Shown here piece by piece: positions 1 to 8,554 of a stretch of DNA of 32,000 nucleotides (positions are counted from its first letter, which is position 1; the number at the start of each line of letters is the position of its first letter). The stretch lies in the NCBI RefSeq assembly GCF_018688255.1, contig NZ_CP061314.1, positions 2,000,659-2,032,658 on the forward strand, given 5' to 3'. The stretch comes from Polynucleobacter corsicus. GTDB lineage: Bacteria > Pseudomonadota > Gammaproteobacteria > Burkholderiales > Burkholderiaceae. The notes under the pieces were generated by a model. The model saw nothing but the letters and a program-made list of their open reading frames with translations. It did no database searches and was not told where the DNA came from. Position numbers and translations under genes: made by a program.

Positions 1-107
1 GTCTTTTTAGATGGACTTGGGCTTTGAGCAAAAGTTTGCGCACTAGAAGCAAGAGCAACACCAACAGCAGAGGTTTTTAAGAAATTACGGCGGGAAGATT
101 GAGTCAT
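1..107 (-). CDS. N-terminal fragment of a Tat-exported protein; the gene runs off the left edge
   Basis: Reverse-strand ATG at 107-105 gives MTQSSRRNFLKTSAVGVALASSAQTFAQSPSPSKK. This has a twin-arginine motif (SRRNFLK), a hydrophobic core and an AxA-like site. It is missing from the ORF track because it is truncated. Confidence 0.6.
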   Translation of the reverse strand, partial: MTQSSRRNFLKTSAVGVALASSAQTFAQSPSPSKK

Positions 108-232
108 ACTAGCTCCATTGATAGATAACTAATTTATAGCAGATCCCCAAACATCAAAACCACTCGGAGGTGATTTTGGTATTTCTTAATGGTCCACGGC
201 GAAATCGACCAGGAGCCTTGGATTGGTTTACG

Positions 233-799
233 TTATTTACAGGCTATTGCCATAGATGCTCTACTTTCTCTGGCCTTTTGAGCCATGAATTCAAAACGCT
301 CCCTAAGGTTGTTTTTCATAAAGTACTCAATGATGCTCGAGGGAATAAGGGTATGAGGCTCAACTAAAGCCTCATACCTAAAGATAGTTGAATCTTTGTC
401 TGGGAGAAGTTTCCAGCTACCTTTGTAGTACTTGGTATCGCCGCTAATTTGCTCAAAAGCCACCAAACGATTTGGTACCTCGGTGTATTCAATAGTAGAT
501 TTGAGCTCAATTAGAAAAAATAGAATTTGTTCTTCGATGACTCTATACACCCTCACCTTATTACCAAACCTAGAGATCACTTTTGATTCCAGTATTCCGG
601 GTATATTTTTTGCGCCCTCATAAGCAGTAATGAAAGCAAAAGCGCTACAGATATTTATTGGCACAGTGTAGGAAGCATCTATCTGAATGCGGCCATCAAT
701 TGCCCTAGTGCTCACGTGAACATCATAGGGATTTGAGTTTTCTTGTGCGTAGACCTGGGAAAGGAGCAAAACTAGGGCTACAGGAAAAATCCATTTCAT
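233..799 (-). CDS. secreted hypothetical protein, possibly SRPBCC/START-like fold
   Basis: 188-aa ORF with a clear Sec signal (MKWIFPVALVLLLSQVYAQ). Length and a Y-x-G-x-W-x-L pattern are reminiscent of SRPBCC proteins. The fold assignment is weak. Confidence 0.45.
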   Translation of the reverse strand: MKWIFPVALVLLLSQVYAQENSNPYDVHVSTRAIDGRIQIDASYTVPINICSAFAFITAYEGAKNIPGILESKVISRFGNKVRVYRVIEEQILFFLIELKSTIEYTEVPNRLVAFEQISGDTKYYKGSWKLLPDKDSTIFRYEALVEPHTLIPSSIIEYFMKNNLRERFEFMAQKARESRASMAIACK

Positions 800-825
800 T
801 TATGAATTTTAAAAGTATATTGAAT

Positions 826-906
826 TTGTCGTTTTAAACGACATTACCAGCACAAGGATGAATAATTGAAGTGTCCTTTTAAAGGACGGTCCATGATGGG
901 GATATC
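826..906. repeat. dual-palindrome intergenic repeat, copy 1
   Basis: Palindrome 1 is GTCGTTTTAAACGAC (828-842). Palindrome 2 is GTCCTTTTAAAGGAC (873-887). The conserved tail is CATGATGGGGATATC (892-906). Nearly identical to copy 2 at 4763-4842. Confidence 0.85.
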
Positions 907-989
907 TGAGACTAATGACCTCCTCCCAATAAATTGGACACCCTAAATTAGAAAAAATCGGCGATATTATCCCTAAGGAGGGGTGCGCC

Positions 990-1256
990 ATGAAGAGGTC
1001 AAAGTTCACAGAAGAGCAGATTAGTTTTGCATTGCATCAAGTCGATACCGGTACTTCGGTTGATGAGGTCTGTCGTAAGATCGGTATCGGCCAAGCTACT
1101 TTCTACAACTGGAAGAAAAAATATAGTGGCCTGGGTATTTCTGAGCTCAGACGCTTAAAGCAACTCGAAGAAGAGAACCGCAAGCTCAAGCAGTTGGTGG
1201 CTGATCTGAGTCTGGATAAAGCCATGCTGCAGGATGTTCTGCGAAAAAAGCTTTAA
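990..1256 (+). CDS. IS3-family transposase OrfA (HTH plus leucine-zipper region)
   Basis: 88 aa. FTEEQISFALHQV...ATFYNWKKKY is the typical IS3 OrfA HTH. It is followed by the coiled-coil LKQLEEENRKLKQLVADL. Confidence 0.9.
   Translation: MKRSKFTEEQISFALHQVDTGTSVDEVCRKIGIGQATFYNWKKKYSGLGISELRRLKQLEEENRKLKQLVADLSLDKAMLQDVLRKKL
1244..1250 (+). other. programmed -1 ribosomal frameshift heptamer A AAA AAG
   Basis: A6G lies in the orfA zero frame (cgA AAA AAG ctt taa), 4 nt before the orfA stop. orfB is open in the -1 frame across this point. Confidence 0.7.
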
Positions 1257-1306
1257 GGCCGGCGCAGCGTAAGCTGCTGGTCGGCCATCTCATTAAGCAA
1301 TACCGA

Positions 1307-2113
1307 GTGAGTGTGCAGCGCGCTTGCGCAGTATGCCAGCAAGCACGCTCAACCTGGTATCACAAACCCAAAGGCAAGCCATTCGATGTTCCTCTGAAGG
1401 CAAGGTTGCAAGAGATTGCCCGAACCCGTATTCGATATGGATTTAGGCGGATGTACATTCTAATTCGTAGGGATGGTTGGGTGGTCAATCACAAGCGGCT
1501 GTATCGCCTATATCGTGAAGAAGGCTTGAACCTTCGGTGCAAGCGGCCTAGGCGTCGCAAGGCAGCAGCCAGTCGTATGGAGAGGCCCATTCTGACAGGT
1601 CCTAATCAAGCATGGAGTATGGACTTCGTATCGGACGCCTTATTTAACGGCAATAAGTTTCGAGCCTTAACTTTGATAGATAACCACACCCGTGAGTGCT
1701 TGGCGATCTATCCCGCGCAAAATATTCGAGGTGATGATGTCGCATATTTACTAGGGCATATTGTTTTGCAAAGAGGTAAACCTTTGTGGATTCAAGCAGA
1801 CAATGGGCCGGAATTTATTTCCATTGCACTCGATCGCTGGGCTTATGACAACCAAGTCATCTTAGATTTTTCAAGGCCAGGAAAACCCACTGACAATGCC
1901 TTTATTGAATCCTTCAACGGTAGCTTACGAGACGAATGCCTGAACGTTCATTGGTTTATGTCGCTGGAAGACGCACAGGAAAAGCTTGAAAACTGGAGAC
2001 AGGATTACAATTGTTTTAGACCGCATTCATCACTAGGGGATCTCCCGCCAGCGATGTTTGCAAAGTCCTTTTGTAGTTCAACCACATCGCCTGATTTTCT
2101 AGCTCAGAGCTGA
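1307..2113 (+). CDS. IS3-family transposase OrfB (DDE/rve catalytic core), probably made as an OrfAB fusion
   Basis: DDE-type motifs WSMDF, IQADNGPEF and ESFNGSLRDE. The frame is -1 relative to orfA. The annotated start is only the first ATG in the ORF track. Confidence 0.9.
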   Translation: MSVQRACAVCQQARSTWYHKPKGKPFDVPLKARLQEIARTRIRYGFRRMYILIRRDGWVVNHKRLYRLYREEGLNLRCKRPRRRKAAASRMERPILTGPNQAWSMDFVSDALFNGNKFRALTLIDNHTRECLAIYPAQNIRGDDVAYLLGHIVLQRGKPLWIQADNGPEFISIALDRWAYDNQVILDFSRPGKPTDNAFIESFNGSLRDECLNVHWFMSLEDAQEKLENWRQDYNCFRPHSSLGDLPPAMFAKSFCSSTTSPDFLAQS

Positions 2114-2147
2114 CCGATTTGAGGGTGGAGGTCACTAAGGGGTCCAA

Positions 2148-2181
2148 CCCAAAAGAAAATAGCCCAACAAGTGGGCTATAG
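2148..2181 (-). terminator. displaced copy of the tRNA-Phe terminator hairpin
   Basis: CCCAAAAGAAAATAGCCCAACAAGTGGGCTATAG is identical to 4874-4907 and matches the hairpin downstream of the intact tRNA (11886-11913). Confidence 0.6.
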
Positions 2182-2196
2182 GTGTACGACCCGTGG

Positions 2197-2454
2197 TTCT
2201 TGGTGGCCCGGGGCGGAATCGAACCACCGACACAAGGATTTTCAAATATCCTCCGATAGACCGCTTTCGCTTTAATTTCAAAGGCTTGAGTGACCAGTCT
2301 CGACTTGTCTAAAAATTGTGCGTCCTTGTGCCGGTCAAATTTGGCAATGAAATCAGAATCTTGCGAGGGACTATTTTTCCGTGTGTACAGATTGTGTCGC
2401 CATACCCTACCAGTCAATCACCATAGTGTCTATGAATGTCGTTTTAAACGACAT
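2197..2454. repeat. 258-bp repeat, copy A (tRNA-Phe 3' half plus about 190 bp plus palindrome 1)
   Basis: Differs from 7133-7390 at only two positions by manual alignment. Ends in the 19-nt palindrome ATGTCGTTTTAAACGACAT (2436-2454). Confidence 0.9.
2201..2245 (-). pseudogene. tRNA-Phe 3'-half fragment (CCA end to anticodon loop); att remnant
   Basis: 45 nt identical to 11923-11967 of the intact tRNA. Identity stops inside the anticodon loop, and there is no 5' half. Confidence 0.85.
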
Positions 2455-2540
2455 AGAATCCCAATCTCTCCAATTGAGATTCATTCTCAATTATATGCTA
2501 AGATGAGAACAATTCTCATTAAGCATATTTGGCATTTAAG

Positions 2541-3980
2541 ATGTTTTTCTCATTTAGCACCAACCACACAGCCTTTTTCAGCCTAGTTAGCTCCCTTTGC
2601 TTGGTTGGGCTATCTTTGCCTGTCTATGCCGAGTCCCCCGTAAGCGATACCCCAATCGTTTTAGCTGAGTCACCCGTCAGTAGCGCTCCCACCATCGACA
2701 GTCCAGTCGCTCTCGAAAGTGCATCAGAGCAATGGAGTGTTCATGGGCAAGCAACCTACATCAATCAATTTAAAAATAACTTTAATTCTCCCTATTACGG
2801 ATCTAAGAGTCTTTTAAATAAATCTGATGGCGATATCTCTAAAAGCTATACCTTCTCAGCCACAGCATTTTTAGGAACGAGGCTATGGGAGGGTGCTGAA
2901 GCCTATATCAACCCTGAGATGTTTGAAGGCATTCCCTTTTCCGGTCTCAGCGGATTGGGTGGTTTTAGTAATGGTGAGCTACAAAAAGGAACGGCAATTC
3001 CACCAATCTATTACATGGCAAGAATGTTTTTACGCCAGACCTTTGGCTTTGGTGGCGGACAAGAGCATATCGAAGGTGTTGCTAATCAGTTAGCAGGTAA
3101 TGTAGATAAACGTCGCCTTGTAGTGACATACGGAACATTCTCGGCATTAGATTTCTTTGATGCCAATGCCTATAGCCATGATCCTCGCACACAGTTTTTA
3201 AACTGGTCGCTCATGGCCAGCGGTGCTTATGACTATGCCGCCAACTCTCGTGGCTACACCTATGGCTTTGTAGGCGAGTATTACCATGATGAAGAATGGG
3301 TGATGCGCCTAGCTCGATTGGCTATGCCCAAGTCACCAAATTCATTAGCCCTAGACTATGACCTCACACAGCAGTACGGCAATACAGCCGAGATAACTCA
3401 CCTTCATACGATTAATGGACAAGCTGGTAAGGCTCGAGTTCTAGTCTTTCAAAATCGCGGAATCATGTCTACCTATAACAATGCGATGAATTTTGGCCAA
3501 CAGAGCAATACCACTCCAGACATCTTAAGCACACGATATGGGTATCAAACTAAATGGGGCTACGCATTAAATGGCGAGCAAGCAATTACAGAAAATATTG
3601 GCGCCTTTGGAAGGTGGAGTTGGAATAATGGCCAAACTGAAACGCAAGCATTTACAGATATCAGCAATTCATTATCTGGCGGCCTATCCATTAAAGGTGC
3701 TGGTTGGGGAAGACCACAAGACACTATTGGAATTGGTGCGGCACTCAATGGAATCTCATCACAACAAATTAGCTACCTACAAAAAGGTGGTGTAACGATG
3801 TTCATTGGCGATGGCAGACTCAACTATAAGAAAGAACAAATCTTTGAAACTTTCTACAGCTGGAATGTTTATAAGAGTCTGTCGCTATCTGCCGACTATC
3901 AGCGTATCGCAAATCCTGGATACAACACAGATCGTGGGCCAGTCAATTTCTATGGATTAAGAGCCCACATTGAAATGTAA
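2541..3980 (+). CDS. carbohydrate-selective porin, OprB family
   Basis: Signal peptide ends ...LPVYA-ESP. OprB-type motifs are FLNWSLMASGAYDYAANSRGYTYG and a beta-barrel C-terminus. ATG 2541 is preferred over the TTG at 2529. Confidence 0.8.
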   Translation: MFFSFSTNHTAFFSLVSSLCLVGLSLPVYAESPVSDTPIVLAESPVSSAPTIDSPVALESASEQWSVHGQATYINQFKNNFNSPYYGSKSLLNKSDGDISKSYTFSATAFLGTRLWEGAEAYINPEMFEGIPFSGLSGLGGFSNGELQKGTAIPPIYYMARMFLRQTFGFGGGQEHIEGVANQLAGNVDKRRLVVTYGTFSALDFFDANAYSHDPRTQFLNWSLMASGAYDYAANSRGYTYGFVGEYYHDEEWVMRLARLAMPKSPNSLALDYDLTQQYGNTAEITHLHTINGQAGKARVLVFQNRGIMSTYNNAMNFGQQSNTTPDILSTRYGYQTKWGYALNGEQAITENIGAFGRWSWNNGQTETQAFTDISNSLSGGLSIKGAGWGRPQDTIGIGAALNGISSQQISYLQKGGVTMFIGDGRLNYKKEQIFETFYSWNVYKSLSLSADYQRIANPGYNTDRGPVNFYGLRAHIEM

Positions 3981-4006
3981 TCGCATTGATCCTTTATAGT
4001 GCCGAC

Positions 4007-4759
4007 ATGTCTCTTTTGCGATGTTCACTTAAGCCCCTCAAGTTAGCGCCTTATTTGCTTTGCTTGAGTAGCATTGTATTTGCGGCACCTTTTGAGATTA
4101 AGGTTCACGACGAACTCATTGCAGAATATCAAGAATCTGCTTTTGAAGTAGAAACAAACTTATTTCAAGCTCCGGCGTCCCAAGGCCTAAAGTCAAATGT
4201 CTTTCAAACTAGGCTTGAGTATAGCTATGGTATTACTGAAAAAAGTGAGATTGGTGCCAACATCTACTTGAGCAACTACAACGGCGTGAGCTATGTTAAC
4301 GGTGGCAAGATAAGTCATATGTATATTCCAACTCATGATGAGGAGGGCTTATGGCACTACGGGGTGAAGAATGAGATTAATTACATCAAAGATGTAGGCG
4401 GCACAGAAACTACCTTTTATGAATTAACTCCTATCTTGGCACTTCAACTTCAAGACTGGAGATTTACCATCAACCCAAGCGTTGATGTGACATTAAATAA
4501 AAATAGCTCAGCTACATTTTCGCCGTCTGCTAAAGTGGCTTATGAGCTAACGCATGCCGTTGATGTTGGTATGGAGTACTACGGAGATAACCTGCCTAAT
4601 AAAAGTTTATACAACATCTCTCAACAGCCCCATACTGCCTATCTGGTCATGGATGCCAAACATGGCAAGTCATCGTTTAACTTTGGTATTGGTAAAGGTG
4701 TCACGGCTAATAGTGACAATTGGGTGATTAAACTCATAGCCTCACTGAGCTTTAATTAG
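4007..4759 (+). CDS. hypothetical exported protein, possibly an outer-membrane beta-barrel
   Basis: Signal-like N-terminus (LAPYLLCLSSIVFAAP). Alternating hydrophobic pattern rich in Y/G/N. Lies 26 nt downstream of the porin. ATG 4007 is preferred over TTG 3986. Confidence 0.5.
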   Translation: MSLLRCSLKPLKLAPYLLCLSSIVFAAPFEIKVHDELIAEYQESAFEVETNLFQAPASQGLKSNVFQTRLEYSYGITEKSEIGANIYLSNYNGVSYVNGGKISHMYIPTHDEEGLWHYGVKNEINYIKDVGGTETTFYELTPILALQLQDWRFTINPSVDVTLNKNSSATFSPSAKVAYELTHAVDVGMEYYGDNLPNKSLYNISQQPHTAYLVMDAKHGKSSFNFGIGKGVTANSDNWVIKLIASLSFN

Positions 4760-4762
4760 TGA

Positions 4763-4842
4763 TATCGTTTTAAACGACATTACCAGCACAAGGATGAATA
4801 ATTGAAGCGTCCTTTTAAAGGACGCTTCATGATGGGGATATC
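4763..4842. repeat. dual-palindrome intergenic repeat, copy 2
   Basis: Palindrome 1 is TCGTTTTAAACGA (4765-4777). Palindrome 2 is AGCGTCCTTTTAAAGGACGCT (4806-4826). The tail CATGATGGGGATATC is at 4828-4842. Confidence 0.85.
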
Positions 4843-4880
4843 CCGCTCTAATGGCGTCTAACCCTGCCAAGACCCAAAAG

Positions 4881-4937
4881 AAAATAGCCCAACAAGTGGG
4901 CTATAGAGATTCTTGGTGGCCCGGGGCGGAATCGAAC
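4881..4937 (-). pseudogene. terminator hairpin plus 24-nt tRNA-Phe 3' fragment (CCA end to T-loop); att remnant
   Basis: 57 bp identical to 11890-11946. The tRNA part is 4914-4937, and identity ends inside the T-loop (..AATCGAAC). Confidence 0.8.
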
Positions 4938-5015
4938 TAGGGCCGAGGATGCCTGATCCAAGCTCTTTTTAATTTCGTTGTACTCAAATCGAGCTTTTGG
5001 ATTTACCTTGGAATG

Positions 5016-5417
5016 TTACTGAGCCCATTGCTCACAAAGTACAGTTGGGTTTCCATAGCCCCGCCCATTTTCCATTCCAGAATTCATGCAATAGTTAAAT
5101 CTTTCTAAAGCACGCCCAGTTAAGCCTGTGTTGTATACGCCCGCTCCTGACGTTCCTACTGAAGGAGGCGGCCCCCCAGAGCAAACCAATTGACCGTTTT
5201 GTGCAGAGATATTCGTACATTGGGTGGCATTTGTAAGTCTTGCCGCTACCCATTGGCCTCGCCCATTCTGACAAGACGCTACCATAGTTGTCCCCTCCAT
5301 AGCTGATGCTTGACATGAATTAGACCAATTGCCAGGAATCATTCGATATGGCTGAGCATTTGTCTGAAATGCAAGAAGTGTGAAGAAAGTAAAAACCGAT
5401 ACTCTAAGAAATAACAT
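5016..5417 (-). CDS. small secreted Cys-rich protein with a cyanovirin-N-like (CVNH) half-repeat pattern
   Basis: Sec signal is MLFLRVSVFTFFTLLAFQTNAQ. NWSNSCQASAMEGTTMVASCQNGRGQWVAARLTNATQCTNISAQNGQLVC resembles the CVNH pattern sC..(g)..L.A.C....G.w....L...C..i.N.nG.L. The domain call is tentative. Confidence 0.55.
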   Translation of the reverse strand: MLFLRVSVFTFFTLLAFQTNAQPYRMIPGNWSNSCQASAMEGTTMVASCQNGRGQWVAARLTNATQCTNISAQNGQLVCSGGPPPSVGTSGAGVYNTGLTGRALERFNYCMNSGMENGRGYGNPTVLCEQWAQ

Positions 5418-5536
5418 GGCAGTTCCTTTTAATTATTTAAATATCCGTTGGTGATAAGAACAAACTTAATCTCCCTCTCTTTGGAGGCTGTACTTCAGAG
5501 TGAAGTCATACTGTCTGGCAAAAAGCATGCTGGACA

Positions 5537-6784
5537 TTAACGCAAGAGAATTCCTGGTGATACTGGGATACTGCCAGGGACTTTATTAAGGCTTAGTAAT
5601 TGCGAAATAATCTTCAAGACCATTGGCGAATAGCCGTTATCGTTTGCTGGAATACTATGAACATCGTCATCAATATTTTTTACTCTTGCAAAATTTTTAT
5701 TACTTGAGTCATTTTTTCTGACAATCAATAAGGCATATTGATTTTCTTGGCCGATTTTTCGAGCTTGAGTAGTTGCTGATGGAGGCAATGTAACAATGAA
5801 GGGGTTTTCTTGATTCTGGGCGGATACTACCTGTCCAAGATATTCGAAGACTGTATTGGGTGATCGAATGGTTAAGATTAGTTCAGATTTAGAGCTCTTA
5901 TTTTTAGGGGCGTTTAGACTTGCTTTGCAAAAAATGTCAGAGCTAAATTCTTCTTTAACAAAGTTGGCAAATTTGTTCTCATCAACGCAAATCTTAAATT
6001 GAGGTTGCAGTTGCATTTGGCCGTACATTCCACCATAAGCACCGGATGATCCACCATACCCGCCATACCCACCTGGACTTTGATAAGACGATGGCATGTT
6101 AGGTTGTGAATAGTTTGCTGTTCTACCTAATGCAGGAGAACTATTTTTCTTTGGCCCCTCTTTGACCTGATCAACAGTCAAGCCGTAACTTAGCAACTTA
6201 TAAAGCTCGGCTTGGAAGGCGGGATATTCTGGTAAAAGCGGATTGTTTATATACCGAGTAGATTTACCATCAGCTTGCTTAATTTCAATTGAAGCAACTA
6301 CTAGACTAAACATTACCTCTCTTGGGATGTTATCGGAAATAAAAAACTTGGCAGTTCCAATAGGGATTTGAGATAAAAATCCTTGCAGAAAAGTGGCATT
6401 ATCAAGTGAGGACTGGGAAAAGTTAAAACTATTACCAAAGGATGGTGCAAGAGTCGGGCTAAGTGAGCTTATGCCAAGAGGGCCGCCCGCAAGTCCTCCA
6501 ATGAAACCATTCATTGATGGACCTAATCCTGTATTAAAACTTACATTTCCAGATCCATTGATGCTGGGAATATCTAGAAAACTTAAAGGGCGCTCATTGG
6601 ATGCGCGGATGATATTAATCAGGATGCTATTTAATTGGTACTGCTCCAAAATGATAGCGTAGCGTGCCGACATCTCTGTAAAGTCTGGAGTGACGGGAGT
6701 AGTGCAACCCCCAATCAATATTGTTATTGAAATTGAGCTACAAATTGCTTTGATGCCATTAATGATGGTGGAATTCACTGACAC
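5537..6784 (-). CDS. lipoprotein of unknown function with a Gly/Tyr-rich low-complexity segment
   Basis: Lipobox-like ILIGGC near the N-terminus. Internal SYQSPGGYGGYGGSSGAYGGMYGQMQ. I recognise no family. Confidence 0.6.
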   Translation of the reverse strand: MSVNSTIINGIKAICSSISITILIGGCTTPVTPDFTEMSARYAIILEQYQLNSILINIIRASNERPLSFLDIPSINGSGNVSFNTGLGPSMNGFIGGLAGGPLGISSLSPTLAPSFGNSFNFSQSSLDNATFLQGFLSQIPIGTAKFFISDNIPREVMFSLVVASIEIKQADGKSTRYINNPLLPEYPAFQAELYKLLSYGLTVDQVKEGPKKNSSPALGRTANYSQPNMPSSYQSPGGYGGYGGSSGAYGGMYGQMQLQPQFKICVDENKFANFVKEEFSSDIFCKASLNAPKNKSSKSELILTIRSPNTVFEYLGQVVSAQNQENPFIVTLPPSATTQARKIGQENQYALLIVRKNDSSNKNFARVKNIDDDVHSIPANDNGYSPMVLKIISQLLSLNKVPGSIPVSPGILLR

Positions 6785-6920
6785 CCCAAGAATTGAACTA
6801 TGTTCGAAATCTAGGTCGGTAGGTTTGGCAAGATGCCAAGTCAGCTCAGAGGTCTGTTGGAATCATACTAACTGATTACAGTTGGTGATGGAGTATATAA
6901 AGGGTAAACACTTGAAATAT

Positions 6921-7053
6921 TTGTCGTTTAAAACGACATCGCAAGCACCGGCCCTAGATGACAGTCGCTTAAATAGACGCAGGACCGACACAGGGATGAC
7001 AAATCCCCAATAAATAAAGCGTCCTTTTAAAGGACAGTTCATGATGGGGGGAT
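6921..7053. repeat. dual-palindrome intergenic repeat, copy 3 (expanded spacer)
   Basis: Palindrome 1 is GTCGTTTAAAACGAC (6923-6937). Palindrome 2 is GTCCTTTTAAAGGAC (7021-7035). The tail CATGATGGGGGGAT is at 7040-7053. The spacer is about 50 bp longer than in the other copies. Confidence 0.8.
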
Positions 7054-7132
7054 GTGAACGGCAACTGTAAACTATGTGGTCGGTACCGGACGTAAAGCAT
7101 GTGTCCGGTACGGACCCGGTACGGACCGGTAT

Positions 7133-7390
7133 TTCTTGGTGGCCCGGGGCGGAATCGAACCACCGACACAAGGATTTTCAAATATCCTCCGATAGACCGC
7201 TTTCGCTTTAATTTCAAGGGCTTGAGTGACCAGTCTCGACTTGTCTAAAAATTGTGCGTCCTTGTGCCGGTCAAATTTGGCAATGAAATCAGAATCTTGC
7301 GAGGGACTATTTTTCCGTGTGTACAGATTGTGTCGCCATACCCTACCAGTCAATCACCATAGTGTCTATGAATGTCGTTTAAAACGACAT
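7133..7390. repeat. 258-bp repeat, copy B
   Basis: 256/258 identical to 2197-2454. Ends in the palindrome ATGTCGTTTAAAACGACAT (7372-7390). Confidence 0.9.
7137..7181 (-). pseudogene. tRNA-Phe 3'-half fragment; att remnant
   Basis: 45 nt identical to 11923-11967, diverging inside the anticodon loop. Confidence 0.85.
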
Positions 7391-7404
7391 TTCAACTGGC
7401 GTTC

Positions 7405-8451
7405 TTAAATTAGCGGTGGGAATGTATACCCATCAACTTTAAATACTTTTAAGCAAGCGTTAACGACATCAGCATCAAATAGCTTGTCACTACCCATAGC
7501 GATTTCTTCTAATGCGGCATCTATACCTTTACCTTTTCTGTAAGGGCGATCAGATGACATTGCCTCTACTGTGTCTGCCACACCCAGAATACGAGCCTCC
7601 TCACAGACAATATCGCCTTTAATTGCGTTGGGGTAGCCACTGCCATCCAAACGCTCATGATGCTGAAGAACTGCTTGAGCAATATTCCAAGGAAAGTGAA
7701 TATGTTTGAGCATGTCATAGCCAGCTTGAACATGATTCCTAAGCATGGCGACCTCAAAGTTGCTTAGGGCGATGGGCTTTGTGAGAATTTCTGCGGAAAT
7801 AGAAATTTTGCCAATATCGTGAACTAAGGCGGCCATACGAACACCTTCAATGGTATGTATGGGCAAATTCATTTCCGTGGCAATTGCCACAGCCAAATTT
7901 GCCACGCGCTTTTGATGTCCGCCCGTATATGGATCGCGAGCAACAATGACATTGGCTAAAGTGTCAACCATTTCGTTCATAGAAATGTTGACTGAGTGCT
8001 GATACTCGAGCAACTCCTTTTCTAGCTTTTTTCTATCTGAGATGTCGCGAATATTACATTGAATAACGCGGTCGCCATTAACGCCATAGGCATTGCTGAT
8101 AAACTCTACATTAATAATCTCTTCATCTTTTCGTTTTAATGGGAGATCTTCATAGCGTATGTAGCCCTTGTCTTTGAGCACGGTAAAGGCTGTTAAAGCC
8201 GCGGCTTTATCTACCATCGCGCCAATTTCCCACAACTCTTTACCGATGAGCTCATCTCTTGTAAAGCCCAGTAGGTTAGTAATGAATGGATTAGCGTCTT
8301 GAATGACTCCCGTTTGAAAATCAAGTATCAAGATACCATCTTGAGCGGTCTCAAATAATCGCCTATAGCGTAGCTCTGATTGTTTGGCTAACTGTTCTTT
8401 GTTTAAATCGTTTGTCATCAATATATTTGGTGAAATCAATAAATCCACCAT
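7405..8451 (-). CDS. PAS-domain HD-GYP protein (predicted c-di-GMP phosphodiesterase)
   Basis: N-terminal PAS ([16 protein letters not shown]...[25 protein letters not shown]). HD-GYP motifs are VHDIGK and [11 protein letters not shown]. Confidence 0.9.
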   Translation of the reverse strand: MVDLLISPNILMTNDLNKEQLAKQSELRYRRLFETAQDGILILDFQTGVIQDANPFITNLLGFTRDELIGKELWEIGAMVDKAAALTAFTVLKDKGYIRYEDLPLKRKDEEIINVEFISNAYGVNGDRVIQCNIRDISDRKKLEKELLEYQHSVNISMNEMVDTLANVIVARDPYTGGHQKRVANLAVAIATEMNLPIHTIEGVRMAALVHDIGKISISAEILTKPIALSNFEVAMLRNHVQAGYDMLKHIHFPWNIAQAVLQHHERLDGSGYPNAIKGDIVCEEARILGVADTVEAMSSDRPYRKGKGIDAALEEIAMGSDKLFDADVVNACLKVFKVDGYTFPPLI

Positions 8452-8554
8452 CCTCTTGATTTCAGTGTATACCCATTAATTCTGATGGTTATAGACTTTT
8501 AGTCTATTTAAGAGCTTAATTGAATCAATCTATCTTTTAGATGCGAGGAATATT

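Larger units (their letters stand above)
916..2134 (+). mobile_element. IS3-family insertion sequence (IS407-like), apparently intact, 1219 bp
   Basis: Imperfect terminal inverted repeats begin with TGACCTCC at 916 and, in reverse complement, at 2134. A 4-bp direct target duplication CTAA lies at 912-915 and 2135-2138. Has orfA/orfB with an A6G frameshift site. Confidence 0.9.

Noticed and set aside
170-623. Plus-strand ORFs 170-367 and 432-623
   Set aside because: They are antisense to, or overlap, the better-supported 233-799 gene, which has a signal peptide. They have no motifs.
2201-2245. tRNA-like segments at 2201-2245, 4914-4937, 7137-7181 and 22025-22067 as extra functional tRNA genes
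   Set aside because: Each holds only one half of the cloverleaf and has no complementary acceptor strand. They are att-site duplications, not genes.
2016-2417. 133-aa minus-strand ORF, with its near-duplicate at 7072-7353 (93 aa) and the plus-strand ORFs 2290-2586 and 7226-7408
   Set aside because: They are read through the tRNA-Phe fragment and the 258-bp non-coding repeat. The shared peptide only reflects DNA repeat identity. They have no RBS and no recognisable domain.
4806-4826. AGCGTCCTTTTAAAGGACGCT (palindrome 2 of copy 2) as a sixth member of the island's 21-bp AGCGT..ACGCT family
   Set aside because: It has the same length and the same outer pentamers. However, the other three palindrome-2 copies lack the AGCGT/ACGCT ends, and the inner arms differ (TCC/GGA versus MAA/TTK). 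The resemblance is probably coincidental.
5095-5316. 73-aa ORF nested in 5016-5417
   Set aside because: It lies on the same strand in a different frame inside the longer signal-peptide-bearing ORF, and has no start context of its own.
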